Virus record (IMG/VR): IMGVR_UViG_2671180890_000001
Source: a virus
Lineage: Duplodnaviria; Heunggongvirae; Uroviricota; Caudoviricetes
DNA length: 62,572 bases
Reading direction: 5' to 3' (one strand)
The notes beneath the pieces are model-generated. The model was given only the letters and a program-made list of their open reading frames with translations. It was not told where the DNA came from and did not search any database. Below, in pieces: positions 34,403 through 43,136 of the stretch (its first letter is position 1; each line of letters starts with the position of its first letter). Made by a program: the position numbers and the translations under genes.

Positions 34403-34418
34403 TGCGACCACGGTCGCA
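34403..34418. promoter_or_regulatory. sopC-like centromere palindrome (TGCGACCACGGTCGCA), site 1
   Basis: 16 bp perfect palindrome; one G-to-C change per half-site from the F sopC core TGGGACCACGGTCCCA. Confidence 0.6.
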
Positions 34419-34471
34419 CGCTCCTGAATACATGCCCTGTTTCTTCCACCCTCGCACAGGACTGGCGAGCA

Positions 34472-34620
34472 TGAGGGACAAACCCGCGAATCATTAGCGC
34501 GGTAAAAACCCGGTGTGCATCGTTTTTGATTATTTCCGCACACTCGCGCAGAGGAGTTCCCCGTCGGGCTACGGTCATGGTTAATGCGGAAATACGGCGA
34601 CGATGCAGCGCGGTATTTAA
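34472..34620. repeat. Direct repeat copy 2 (pairs with 32686..32830)
   Basis: See copy 1. Confidence 0.7.
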
Positions 34621-34622
34621 TG

Positions 34623-34638
34623 TGCGACCACGGTCGCA
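34623..34638. promoter_or_regulatory. sopC-like centromere palindrome, site 2
   Basis: TGCGACCACGGTCGCA. Confidence 0.6.
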
Positions 34639-34658
34639 AACGAGAAACAAAGAGATTT

Positions 34659-34970
34659 TTATGCTACAGAGGAACAAGCTGGCGGGTAATTCAGCGTAGT
34701 GAATACCGGCATCTCCATCTTGTATGCGTAATGATACTCAGCAGTTGCTCCAGCAGACGCTTTCCAGCCAGGAAGCATCAAAATAGCATCAGCACAACGA
34801 AGCATTGCAAAGCAAATATCCATGTATTCACGTTGTGTCAGACCATTAGGCAAAGTGGCTGGATTCAAGACAGAGTGACCATGTCGTGACAAACGATCTG
34901 CCTCTTTATTAAAGGCGTCACGATTAAAGTTCTCATATCCCGTCATTGGCCCGGCAATATAAATTTTCAT
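34659..34970 (-). CDS. DUF4406-like protein (nucleoside 2-deoxyribosyltransferase-like fold)
   Basis: 103 aa; N-terminal MKIYIAGPMTG motif. Confidence 0.55.
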   Translation of the reverse strand: MKIYIAGPMTGYENFNRDAFNKEADRLSRHGHSVLNPATLPNGLTQREYMDICFAMLRCADAILMLPGWKASAGATAEYHYAYKMEMPVFTTLNYPPACSSVA

Positions 34971-35011
34971 TCACTATCCAACAAATTGAGCTCGTTTTTG
35001 ATACAGAGGGA

Positions 35012-35461
35012 TTAATTCAGGCATTGCGTCTTGATGTATTCCTGCAAGTAGTTAACCTGCGCAGTTATCCTGTCGATCCCACTTCGGAGACGGTAATAAT
35101 TGAGTTCAGCATCTGCTGTAAGTCTTGGGCTTTCTCCATTGCCCATGCCGCTGGCTCCGGTCGTTGACTTTGCACAGGTGGCGGCGACTTGCAGGCGCTT
35201 ACGCCCAGCAGAAACATCAGCACGGAGGCTTTCGATAGTCGCGTTAGCATCAGCAAGCTCCTTTGTATATCTGGCATCGAGTTCCGCTACGTCACGTTGA
35301 CGCTTCTGCATATCAGCGATTGTGGATGTGGCTTTATCGCGCTGCTCTTTGTAGGCGATGGCGTTATCACGGTAATGATTAACAGCCCACGACAGGCAGA
35401 CGATGATGCAAATAACCAGAGCGGAGATAATCGCGGTTACCCTGCTCATTGTTGACCCCAC
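35012..35461 (-). CDS. Rz: Spanin inner membrane subunit Rz
   Basis: Lambda Rz-like ([30 protein letters not shown]). Confidence 0.9.
   Translation of the reverse strand: MGSTMSRVTAIISALVICIIVCLSWAVNHYRDNAIAYKEQRDKATSTIADMQKRQRDVAELDARYTKELADANATIESLRADVSAGRKRLQVAATCAKSTTGASGMGNGESPRLTADAELNYYRLRSGIDRITAQVNYLQEYIKTQCLN
35065..35277 (-). CDS. Rz1: Spanin outer membrane lipoprotein Rz1, embedded in Rz in the +1 frame
   Basis: Lipobox LGVSAC followed by a proline-rich segment; true start probably an internal Met. Confidence 0.75.
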   Translation of the reverse strand: MPDIQRSLLMLTRLSKASVLMFLLGVSACKSPPPVQSQRPEPAAWAMEKAQDLQQMLNSIITVSEVGSTG

Positions 35462-35946
35462 AAACAGACTTCACGCTCAATCTCACGACGAGTCATCAGG
35501 CCTTTCCATTGCTTACCGCCAGCAGATATCCAGCGACGTAGCTGATCACATGCGCCTTTGATATCGCCCTGGTTTATTTTGCGAAGAAGCGTCGATGTTC
35601 TGAAATTACCAGCACCCACGTTGTAAACGAACGAGTAAAGAGCGCCGCGCGTTGTTTCCGGTATATCGACTTTGATGTACGGGTTAATTTGTCTGGCGAC
35701 AGTGGCAAGGTCTTTATTCAGGAGAGCTTTGCATTCTGCTTCGGTATACGTTTTACCTAGCATGATGTCTTTTCCAGTGTGTCCGTAACATACAGTCCAT
35801 ACGCCAACAATATCTTTGTATGGTATGTAACTGACACCTTCCAGACCATCGTTACCACTTGGGCCAGTGATGAGCATAGACGCTATGGCAATAGCCCCGC
35901 CACCAATAGCCGCTGTGACAGCTTTGCGTAATGATGACTGCATCAT
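35446..35946 (-). CDS. Endolysin, lysozyme-type with N-terminal signal-anchor-release segment
   Basis: 166 aa; hydrophobic Gly/Ala-rich N-terminus then lysozyme-like core. Confidence 0.8.
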   Translation of the reverse strand: MMQSSLRKAVTAAIGGGAIAIASMLITGPSGNDGLEGVSYIPYKDIVGVWTVCYGHTGKDIMLGKTYTEAECKALLNKDLATVARQINPYIKVDIPETTRGALYSFVYNVGAGNFRTSTLLRKINQGDIKGACDQLRRWISAGGKQWKGLMTRREIEREVCLWGQQ

Positions 35947-36215
35947 ATTTCCTTCGGTGCTCTCTTCCCCAGCTCTCCAATAACCATCGCTGTAGCAGAA
36001 AGATTATTGGTATTAGTTTTATCCAATATGTCCTGCAATATCTTCGTGCGCTTCATCTGCTCGCGTTTATTGAGCCGGTATGTAAGCACACCGAGGATAA
36101 TGCTGAACGCGACACCGATAATGAAGCCCCAATCCTGCAATGACAGGCTGGCAAAGAACGCAGCAAGACCAGCGCTACCATAAGATGCACTGCTGTATCG
36201 TTCATCCATCTTCAT
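35943..36215 (-). CDS. Holin (pinholin-like)
   Basis: 90 aa, hydrophobic transmembrane segments and charged C-terminus, directly upstream of endolysin. Confidence 0.6.
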   Translation of the reverse strand: MKMDERYSSASYGSAGLAAFFASLSLQDWGFIIGVAFSIILGVLTYRLNKREQMKRTKILQDILDKTNTNNLSATAMVIGELGKRAPKEI

Positions 36216-36310
36216 ATCTCTTACCTCGCAATAGTTGCTGAGGTTTCGGCTTGGAAACTATATGGCGAAAATAACCCCTACCAAAAACGGCAGGGGAATA
36301 TATTCTCCAG

Positions 36311-37432
36311 TTACTCAAATAACTTTTTCACTTCATCAACTGTCTGAAGATAACGTTCGCCCTCAATCTCAATACCTATTGCCTGACGTCCTAACTTCAG
36401 CGCAGCTTTAATAGTTGAGCCTGATCCCATAAAGAAATCGGCAACGATATCTCCGGGGCGTGAACTACTCTTTATAATATGTTCCATCATCGCTGCAGGT
36501 TTTTCACATGGGTGCTTGCCAGGATAATATTGCACAGGAGGAAACTCCCATACATCGGTATAAGGTACATCAGCAGTAACATGAAATGGACGGCGTAAAT
36601 TTTCATACTGAGCCTTCAAATCATCATACTGCTTCTTTACTTCCTCATAATGCAATTTCAGATCGCTATAACGCTTTTCATGTTCTGAATAATCAACATT
36701 AAAAGGATATGGACACGGGACACCGAGTGAATCTGCCTTCCTGCGAAATAATTCGCATAGTTTATTAAAATCAATTAATGATGGAAGCCGCCACTGCGAA
36801 TAAGAAAACCAGTGTGAACACATCTGCTTTCCTGTCGCTGAATTAATGTCTGCGGCTGATATATCTAACTGACGGCGAGCCAGCGAAAAAGCATCAATTA
36901 GTGGAGAAAAAATATTTTTTCTTAAATCTGCACATTTTGAAGCATAACCTGACTGACCTTTAGCATAACCTGACGCGCCGTAATGCTCTGCAAATAATAT
37001 TCTTTCAGTAGCAGGAAAATAAGCCCTTAAACTTTCTTTATGACAACCGCGCCACATACCACTGGGTTTAGCCCAAATGATATGGTTCAGAACATTGAAA
37101 CGGTCGCGAGTTAATAATTCAATTTTTGACGCAAGGCGAGAGCCGGTAAACATATACAGGCTGCCATTAGGGGCCAATATCCGCCAAAATTCTGCCAAAA
37201 ATTCGTCAATCCACCCCAAAAAGTCAGCATCGCTATCCCACTGGTTATCCCATGCGTTAGCCTTTACGCCGAAGTATGGTGGGTCTGTTGCAATCAAATT
37301 GACCGAGTTATCAGGGATGGTTTTGATAAATTGCAGAGAATCTGCGCAAACGAGTTGTGCGCCATGAATATTAGTGGTTTTGAACATAGCTATTATTTTT
37401 TTGCCTGGGTAAGCTAACCCGGCGATGCGCAT
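36311..37432 (-). CDS. Orphan DNA methyltransferase (N6-adenine or N4-cytosine, DPPY class)
   Basis: DPPY catalytic motif near the N-terminus and FxGSGST AdoMet motif near the C-terminus; no adjacent restriction enzyme gene. Confidence 0.85.
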   Translation of the reverse strand: MRIAGLAYPGKKIIAMFKTTNIHGAQLVCADSLQFIKTIPDNSVNLIATDPPYFGVKANAWDNQWDSDADFLGWIDEFLAEFWRILAPNGSLYMFTGSRLASKIELLTRDRFNVLNHIIWAKPSGMWRGCHKESLRAYFPATERILFAEHYGASGYAKGQSGYASKCADLRKNIFSPLIDAFSLARRQLDISAADINSATGKQMCSHWFSYSQWRLPSLIDFNKLCELFRRKADSLGVPCPYPFNVDYSEHEKRYSDLKLHYEEVKKQYDDLKAQYENLRRPFHVTADVPYTDVWEFPPVQYYPGKHPCEKPAAMMEHIIKSSSRPGDIVADFFMGSGSTIKAALKLGRQAIGIEIEGERYLQTVDEVKKLFE

Positions 37433-37517
37433 CGCGGGTGGGCTTTAGGTTCAGCCTATAGCTCTGGCATGGGTTGACCGCAGGACAAGCTGCAACTTGT
37501 CCTGCGCCCACTTTTCA

Positions 37518-37550
37518 GGCACAAAAAAACCGCCATAAAGGCGGCTTGTT
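37518..37550 (-). terminator. Strong Rho-independent terminator (candidate tR-prime-like late terminator) upstream of the methyltransferase
   Basis: GCCGCC-TTTAT-GGCGGC followed by T7 on the minus strand; additional hairpins nearby. Confidence 0.45.
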
Positions 37551-37632
37551 GGCTGTTGGGTACAAAAAACCCAACTTAACAAAACAATAACTAAAAACCG
37601 TCATTTTGCCAAGCTTTTTCGTTTTTGTGCTG

Positions 37633-37648
37633 TGCGACCGTGGTCGCA
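37633..37648. promoter_or_regulatory. sopC-like centromere palindrome, site 3
   Basis: TGCGACCGTGGTCGCA within the 20 bp palindrome TGTGCGACCGTGGTCGCACA. Confidence 0.6.
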
Positions 37649-37654
37649 CAGCTT

Positions 37655-37882
37655 TTAGAAAGTTGCCTGCTTATATTCATCGGTCAAAGAATATCGACCA
37701 GATCCGCTACGCTTTGCAACCCCAAAACAGATCATCTGTTCGATGATAAATTCAACGGCAGCTTGACTCAAAAAACAGGCTTCGCTTAACTCTTTCAGGG
37801 AAATGCGTGGGTATCCACGCATAACACATTCCACACTCAGGGCCGCTTCAGTCATATTTCCACGAATTTCATTAATATTCAT
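37655..37882 (-). CDS. Hypothetical small protein
   Basis: 75 aa ORF. Confidence 0.4.
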   Translation of the reverse strand: MNINEIRGNMTEAALSVECVMRGYPRISLKELSEACFLSQAAVEFIIEQMICFGVAKRSGSGRYSLTDEYKQATF

Positions 37883-37895
37883 AACGCCTCTCTAA

Positions 37896-38135
37896 TCAAT
37901 CTTGAAACTGGAAATCAACATCAGCCATAAAGCGGTTCAACTCAGCCAGTTTTGGCCCCATAGTCCCAACTAAGCGACCAGCCAGTCGGTCTGTTAGGTT
38001 GGTACTGTTGAAACCATATTCCTTTTCGAAACGTTCAATCTTCTGCCACAACTCATACAGTTCGTTAGCTATCTCCGCAACGTCGTCGCGCATTTTTTCG
38101 TTACCTTGATAATTCATAATATCCTCCAAATTCAT
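37896..38135 (-). CDS. Hypothetical small protein
   Basis: 79 aa ORF. Confidence 0.4.
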   Translation of the reverse strand: MNLEDIMNYQGNEKMRDDVAEIANELYELWQKIERFEKEYGFNSTNLTDRLAGRLVGTMGPKLAELNRFMADVDFQFQD

Positions 38136-38282
38136 ATAGTTAGTGGGTTATTACCCCTCAATGACACGAACTGTAACTCTGCCAAACGAACACATCCAGT
38201 GTTATTTTTCGCTTTTTAGTGAAATTTTTAATTTGCGTTGTTTTCTTGTTTTAGTGTATTTTATGGATATGGAGGCTATAAT

Positions 38283-38594
38283 ATGTTTAACGTGATAACC
38301 CACCCTGCAGCACTGGATGAACTGCTTGAACTACCAGATGATTTGCGAGGTCGCATGACCAGATTAATTGAGCGACTGGAGAAAGAAGGCAACAAACTGA
38401 AGATGCCCCATAGCCGTGTAATAGGTGGAGGGCTTTTTGAACTACGAGTAGGGGATAAAAACATCGCAAGAACGCTGTACGCCTACGCGACTGGTAACGA
38501 AATTTATCTATTGCATGCATTTGTAAAAAAGACACAGAAAACACCGGTGAAGGCTATCGAAATCGCCAGAACTCGCCTGAAGGAGATGAACTGA
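38283..38594 (+). CDS. Type II toxin, RelE/HigB superfamily (phage Gp49-like)
   Basis: About 103 aa from MFNVITHP; toxin precedes antitoxin as in hig modules. Confidence 0.7.
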   Translation: MFNVITHPAALDELLELPDDLRGRMTRLIERLEKEGNKLKMPHSRVIGGGLFELRVGDKNIARTLYAYATGNEIYLLHAFVKKTQKTPVKAIEIARTRLKEMN

Positions 38595-38881
38595 TGAAAG
38601 CGAAAGGCATCCCGTTTAACGAAGTAAAAGAAAAACTCCTCAACACTCCAGAAGCCGTCAAAGGATATGAAGAGGCCGACAAAGAGCTGGAGATGGTCGA
38701 AATGTTATACGAAATGAGGGAAAGAGCAGGTTTAACGAAATCAGCTCTGGCTGAACGAATGGGGTTGCGACCGTCAGCCATCAGCCGCCTGGAAAGCAAT
38801 CCTTTAGGGGCAAGTATGAAAACTTTGGCTAAATATGCTCATGCCTGCGGCGCAACCATCGATATTCGCGCTGTTTATTAA
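38594..38881 (+). CDS. HTH (XRE-type) antitoxin, HigA-like
   Basis: 95 aa; HTH segment LTKSALAERMGLRPSAISRLE; ATGA overlap with the toxin stop. Confidence 0.7.
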   Translation: MKAKGIPFNEVKEKLLNTPEAVKGYEEADKELEMVEMLYEMRERAGLTKSALAERMGLRPSAISRLESNPLGASMKTLAKYAHACGATIDIRAVY

Positions 38882-38923
38882 TTAGACTCTTTTACTACCC
38901 CGTCCAGAAGGGCGGGGTGTGCA

Positions 38924-39127
38924 TCAATGATGTGAACGCTCAACAGCGATAGTTTGCTGACAATGCTGGGCAATCTCTCGCGACATGTTGATGAGTCGTG
39001 AAACCTCACCAATATGTAGGCTGGCTTCTGGAGAAGCCAGGGTGACGCTAACCAGATCCAGAACGGCGTCAATATCTCTTAAATTTGAATCGAGTTGTTC
39101 AAGAGTTGATACGGCTGCTTCAGACAT
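38924..39127 (-). CDS. Hypothetical protein
   Basis: 67 aa ORF. Confidence 0.35.
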   Translation of the reverse strand: MSEAAVSTLEQLDSNLRDIDAVLDLVSVTLASPEASLHIGEVSRLINMSREIAQHCQQTIAVERSHH

Positions 39128-39209
39128 TAAATCTCATACCATTTAACTAAAAAAGGTTATTTATACTGTATAAAATTACAGGGTAAAACTCAAACTTTAC
39201 GGTCAATTT

Positions 39210-39452
39210 TCAATGAATTAACTGCGTAAACTGCTGTGTGACCCGATACTTATGCTCTCTCCCTATGCCACGATCAACTTTCTCAAGAAGTCCAGTACGG
39301 ACAGCAGAATCAAGCATCCTTTTAACAATTCTGCTATTTAACCCAACATCAAAAGAAAGCATCGAAGCGAAAACAAAACCATCACCACCATCAGAAAAGC
39401 TCTTTTCGCTCCGTTTTCGTATCATTTCAAAAAGCAATGCCTTTTTATCCAT
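39210..39452 (-). CDS. Hypothetical protein, possible winged-helix DNA-binding
   Basis: 80 aa ORF. Confidence 0.4.
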   Translation of the reverse strand: MDKKALLFEMIRKRSEKSFSDGGDGFVFASMLSFDVGLNSRIVKRMLDSAVRTGLLEKVDRGIGREHKYRVTQQFTQLIH

Positions 39453-39470
39453 TTATCCCTCCGTGACCAG

Positions 39471-39797
39471 TCACGCTTTGAGCGCAAGTTTCAGCCTCGT
39501 GGTTGTAAGGTGGCATGACCCTTCGCCATCAAAAATGCATTCTGAAACAGGCATTTTTTGACCACATCGCTGGCAAGTAGTAGATAGCTGCTTCTGCAGC
39601 TCCTTATAGTTTTTCCTGATCAGCAAACCAATGACTTCGTTCTCCGAATATGGAACTCGCCCTGGTCTACGCAATACACAAATTTCCCCCAACATACGTA
39701 ACTCGTCAGGTTCTAGAATCCAGTCCCGTCTTGATGTGCCTTCCTTCTTCAACCGTTCCCTGCGTCTCCTTTGCCGTTCTGCCGGTGTCAGCGCCAT
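39471..39797 (-). CDS. Hypothetical protein with basic N-terminus and Cys-rich C-terminus
   Basis: 108 aa ORF. Confidence 0.4.
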   Translation of the reverse strand: MALTPAERQRRRRERLKKEGTSRRDWILEPDELRMLGEICVLRRPGRVPYSENEVIGLLIRKNYKELQKQLSTTCQRCGQKMPVSECIFDGEGSCHLTTTRLKLALKA

Positions 39798-39812
39798 AAA
39801 TCCTCCTGAAAA

Positions 39813-40343
39813 TTACTTAACCCAATTAACTACACCGCCAGCGGCCACAACCGCCCTTTCACAGTCACGCTCATATCTCAAAGGTTGAAATACACCATCA
39901 ATAAAATATTTATCTCCACCAAACGCTGCAGGAAGTGAAACAGAAAACTGAATATGACCATCCAGAGTTACCGGAGAGTTGCCAGCCAGTCTACGCAACA
40001 CAGCCTTAACGGCCTCAATACGGTCATCATCAACTTTTTCTACAATATTGGAATTTAAATACTTCGAAGCCTTGCTATGCCAATCGCTGGTTTTAGGGTC
40101 TTGTCCATCCATCAAACGCCAAGCTTCAGCGATTAACTCATAGCCAGTGACAGTGGCTTCCTGCGCATCACCAATAAGTCGTGTAATCTCTCTTTCAAGC
40201 CGACCGCCTAGCTCTGTTTTAGTGCAATGTTCTGACCAATCGCCAGCCTCAAGCAGCGCGAGAATGCTTAAAATATCGTCCAATAGAACGGTAGTATTAT
40301 CGACTTCCTTCTGAAACTCACCGGCTACTGATTTATGCATCAT
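39813..40343 (-). CDS. Hypothetical protein
   Basis: 176 aa ORF. Confidence 0.45.
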   Translation of the reverse strand: MMHKSVAGEFQKEVDNTTVLLDDILSILALLEAGDWSEHCTKTELGGRLEREITRLIGDAQEATVTGYELIAEAWRLMDGQDPKTSDWHSKASKYLNSNIVEKVDDDRIEAVKAVLRRLAGNSPVTLDGHIQFSVSLPAAFGGDKYFIDGVFQPLRYERDCERAVVAAGGVVNWVK

Positions 40344-40642
40344 TCGTCATCCTCATCTGAGTCATCCTCATCACAGGATGAGAGTAGTGGGTTAGTCATT
40401 CGCCCTACTTGAGTGGCGTAGCCACGCCGACAGAGATTGCGCAGCACACTGTATATTTCGAACATCTCGGTTCGTTCATCACCAACATCAAGCTCAGATG
40501 CTATAGCGTGGCATTCAGTCGCGAGAGCCGATATTTTCTGAAATAACTCTGCTTTATTCACTCTTCGACTCCTGCGGCGGTTCTGGTAGTGGCATCCAGT
40601 GAGTTGCTTGCTCAATACCATTACCCGGCTTAATCGTTGCAT
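40340..40642 (-). CDS. Hypothetical protein with poly-acidic C-terminal tail
   Basis: 100 aa ORF ending CDEDDSDEDDE; start overlaps the upstream gene so one start is wrong. Confidence 0.4.
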   Translation of the reverse strand: MQRLSRVMVLSKQLTGCHYQNRRRSRRVNKAELFQKISALATECHAIASELDVGDERTEMFEIYSVLRNLCRRGYATQVGRMTNPLLSSCDEDDSDEDDE

Positions 40643-41303
40643 CTCCGCGCCGAAAGGTGCTTCCGGTATAGCGTGCGGAGCATATTAGCGGTTCAACCAG
40701 AGAGCTATCGAAATTCACCGAAATAAGCACGTTCTGGCCCTTTTCAGGCATTCGCTCACTACAGCTTATCCAACCATCCGGAGTTACCGGATAGTTGCCA
40801 GCCTCATACGCGACCCTTATCCAGTGCATAAGCATTTCAGTACTTACACATCCACAATCAACATCAATTTTGTCATGCTGCTGTTCCAGCCATTGCTCAA
40901 AAGTTAACTTGTAAGTTTGGCTTACAGGTTTGGCTTCCAGTTCTGCTATGTGATTTTTGGCTGATTCCAACTCAATCGACAATTTTTCCAACTGCTCTTT
41001 ATGATTTTTATATTCCTGATATGCGTGCCAGGACTGACCTTTGCGCACACTATCAGTGATATCAGTAATCTGTTCTGGTGTTAGCGTGGTCAGTGGCTGT
41101 GATGGGAAAATAAGCACTTTCCCGGAATCCCAATCAAAACCAGCGTGAATTGACTGAACCTCAACTGAAGGTGTTGAACCAATGCTGCCAGGCGAATGAA
41201 CAACGATTGTTACATCCATATCGCGACGATGGCTGTGGTTGTTGGACAAAATACGATTCAACAAAATACGATTCACCAACTCAGAAAATTTAGAAAATTT
41301 CAT
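40554..41303 (-). CDS. DUF551-type phage protein
   Basis: C-terminal PDGWISCSERMPE ... HWMPLPEPP pattern. Confidence 0.5.
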   Translation of the reverse strand: MKFSKFSELVNRILLNRILSNNHSHRRDMDVTIVVHSPGSIGSTPSVEVQSIHAGFDWDSGKVLIFPSQPLTTLTPEQITDITDSVRKGQSWHAYQEYKNHKEQLEKLSIELESAKNHIAELEAKPVSQTYKLTFEQWLEQQHDKIDVDCGCVSTEMLMHWIRVAYEAGNYPVTPDGWISCSERMPEKGQNVLISVNFDSSLVEPLICSARYTGSTFRRGDATIKPGNGIEQATHWMPLPEPPQESKSE

Positions 41304-41668
41304 GCTGATTCACCTTTCTCTGCTCTCTCCTGTCGGAACATCACTATCATCAGGTCGCCTTTTGTCGCTATCTTGGCTGTTGTGCCTGGCTCAATGCGGC
41401 TAAGTTCAAATGCGTCATAGAACGCCTCCAACGCTTTCTGGCGTTTTTCCTGTTTGCGGCGCTTTCCCCACTGCTTTAGAAAAACAGAGGCCGCCCACTT
41501 CCCCGCACTGAACATGATGTAAAACCAACCGAGAAGTGCCAGACCGGTATTTAGGGCCGTATCGATCGTTATCGTGGTGTCGATATTCACTACGCCACCT
41601 CCTGAAAATTTCCCTGATAAAACGCCAACACACGCTGCATAACTTCGCTCTTCCGACAATCGTGACAA
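41300..41668 (-). CDS. Hypothetical membrane-associated protein
   Basis: 122 aa ORF with one hydrophobic segment. Confidence 0.4.
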   Translation of the reverse strand: MSRLSEERSYAACVGVLSGKFSGGGVVNIDTTITIDTALNTGLALLGWFYIMFSAGKWAASVFLKQWGKRRKQEKRQKALEAFYDAFELSRIEPGTTAKIATKGDLMIVMFRQERAEKGESA

Positions 41669-42009
41669 ATCATGTTCAAGCGCCTGTCGTAACGACGTAT
41701 TTCTCCGTCAGGTAATGACCAGATAAGGTCTGGATCAACCACTACCGATTTCTTCGGCTTTACTCTTGATAGTTTTTTACGGGCGTTTTGCCAGTCCTTG
41801 CGTGCTTGTGCAGACAGAAATATCCCGGAGCCAGAGATATACAAATCACCACTGGCAGCAAGCTCTCTTGATAAACGACTAACAGCACACCGGCTAATAC
41901 CAGTTTCATCCGCAAGTTGCCTAACCGTTCCTCGTCCATTCAGGCGCACGAGTTCCACAATTTGTTTATTCAGTTCTTCCCTCTGTTCTGGTGTAAAAGC
42001 CTTTGCCAT
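41590..42009 (-). CDS. HTH DNA-binding protein
   Basis: 139 aa; HTH-like RQLADETGISRCAVSRL. Confidence 0.5.
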   Translation of the reverse strand: MAKAFTPEQREELNKQIVELVRLNGRGTVRQLADETGISRCAVSRLSRELAASGDLYISGSGIFLSAQARKDWQNARKKLSRVKPKKSVVVDPDLIWSLPDGEIRRYDRRLNMICHDCRKSEVMQRVLAFYQGNFQEVA

Positions 42010-42608
42010 TACGATTCTCCTTGCCCTTTTACAAGACGGGAGAAAATTGCGGATACATATTTAGCCTGATGAATAGCATCAGCCAGGGCATTGTGTCGTT
42101 CGCCATCAAATGGCATATCTTTTTTAGGATTAAAACCAATAAACTGACCAAGATTAACGATTGTTCGAACATCCTGATCATTAAAATATTCCCACGGACA
42201 GGCTAAGCCAACGCGCTCATAAGCACCGCGTAAAATTACATTATCGAACGTTGCTCCATTTCCCCATACTTTCAATTTTTTTAAATTACATGCATGGCAA
42301 GTAATAAAGTGTGATAATTCAAAAAGTGCATCCTTAATATCAAGGACATCATTAGTACAAATAGCGGCTCTGGCTTCCTTGCTCTGTTTCAACCACCATA
42401 AAATGGTATCACCATCGGCGATACCACCATTCAACATCGAGCTTCTGAGATTCACTGGCACATAAAAAGTAGGACCTAATTCCTCACTTTCTGGAGAAAA
42501 AAACACTGCCCCGATAGAAACAATTGGAGCACATGTGTTAGTACCCATTGTTTCAAGGTCAATCATTACATCAGACCGTTTCCTGTCGTAAATAATCTGA
42601 TTAGTCAC
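42009..42608 (-). CDS. 3'-5' exonuclease, DEDD family
   Basis: 199 aa; DLETMG exo I motif and C-terminal H...D motif. Confidence 0.7.
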   Translation of the reverse strand: MTNQIIYDRKRSDVMIDLETMGTNTCAPIVSIGAVFFSPESEELGPTFYVPVNLRSSMLNGGIADGDTILWWLKQSKEARAAICTNDVLDIKDALFELSHFITCHACNLKKLKVWGNGATFDNVILRGAYERVGLACPWEYFNDQDVRTIVNLGQFIGFNPKKDMPFDGERHNALADAIHQAKYVSAIFSRLVKGQGES

Positions 42609-42631
42609 GAATAATTCTCCTCAACGTTTAT

Positions 42632-42835
42632 CTATACCCAAATTTTCTGTTGATATGTTCTGGATGGTTTTGGCGTTCTTTCTGATTCAGGTAAATGAAC
42701 ATAAACGCAATATCCATCACCTAAAAAATCAGAACGAACAACCAGAACTTTCTTACCACGCCGCCGATAAGTATCTGAAAGACGCTCTGCTTCATCATGC
42801 GTCATCGGCCCCTGCTTAAATGGCGTTATTTTCAT
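42632..42835 (-). CDS. Hypothetical small protein
   Basis: Start taken at MKITPFKQ; the ORF-track extension reads through a sopC-like palindrome. Confidence 0.4.
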   Translation of the reverse strand: MKITPFKQGPMTHDEAERLSDTYRRRGKKVLVVRSDFLGDGYCVYVHLPESERTPKPSRTYQQKIWV

Positions 42836-43136
42836 TTTCTTGTGCGACCACGGTCGCACCCTCTCTGATTTCCAAGTAACGCTTAATCCAAAGATTTTCT
42901 ATATGCTTATTACCTGGCTGATTTGATAAATACCAATCGGCAATTACAGACTGCTTATTACTATCTGGTCGTGTCCTGTAACCACAAGTTGGACACCAGA
43001 TAACATATTCATTTCTTACCCCCGAATACCTTAATTCTGGCTTCGACGGTTTCCTGAACATAACTTGTTTACAAAGACAGAATGGCACTTCCTGCCCGAT
43101 GGCGTTTGATGATTTCACTGCGCTTCTCCGCCGCAT
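42816..43136 (-). CDS. Zinc-ribbon protein, possibly Lar-family restriction alleviation
   Basis: CxC ... CPTCG cysteine pairs; start uncertain. Confidence 0.35.
   Translation of the reverse strand: MRRRSAVKSSNAIGQEVPFCLCKQVMFRKPSKPELRYSGVRNEYVIWCPTCGYRTRPDSNKQSVIADWYLSNQPGNKHIENLWIKRYLEIREGATVVAQENENNAI
42843..42858. promoter_or_regulatory. sopC-like centromere palindrome, site 4
   Basis: TGCGACCACGGTCGCA. Confidence 0.6.

Noticed and set aside
33518-34639. N-terminal extensions beginning MRPWSH on several ORFs (also 42632..42859, 34378..34677)
   Set aside because: Created by the ORF finder reading through the sopC-like palindrome (GTG or TTG start inside TGCGACCGTGGTCGCA); true starts are downstream ATG codons.
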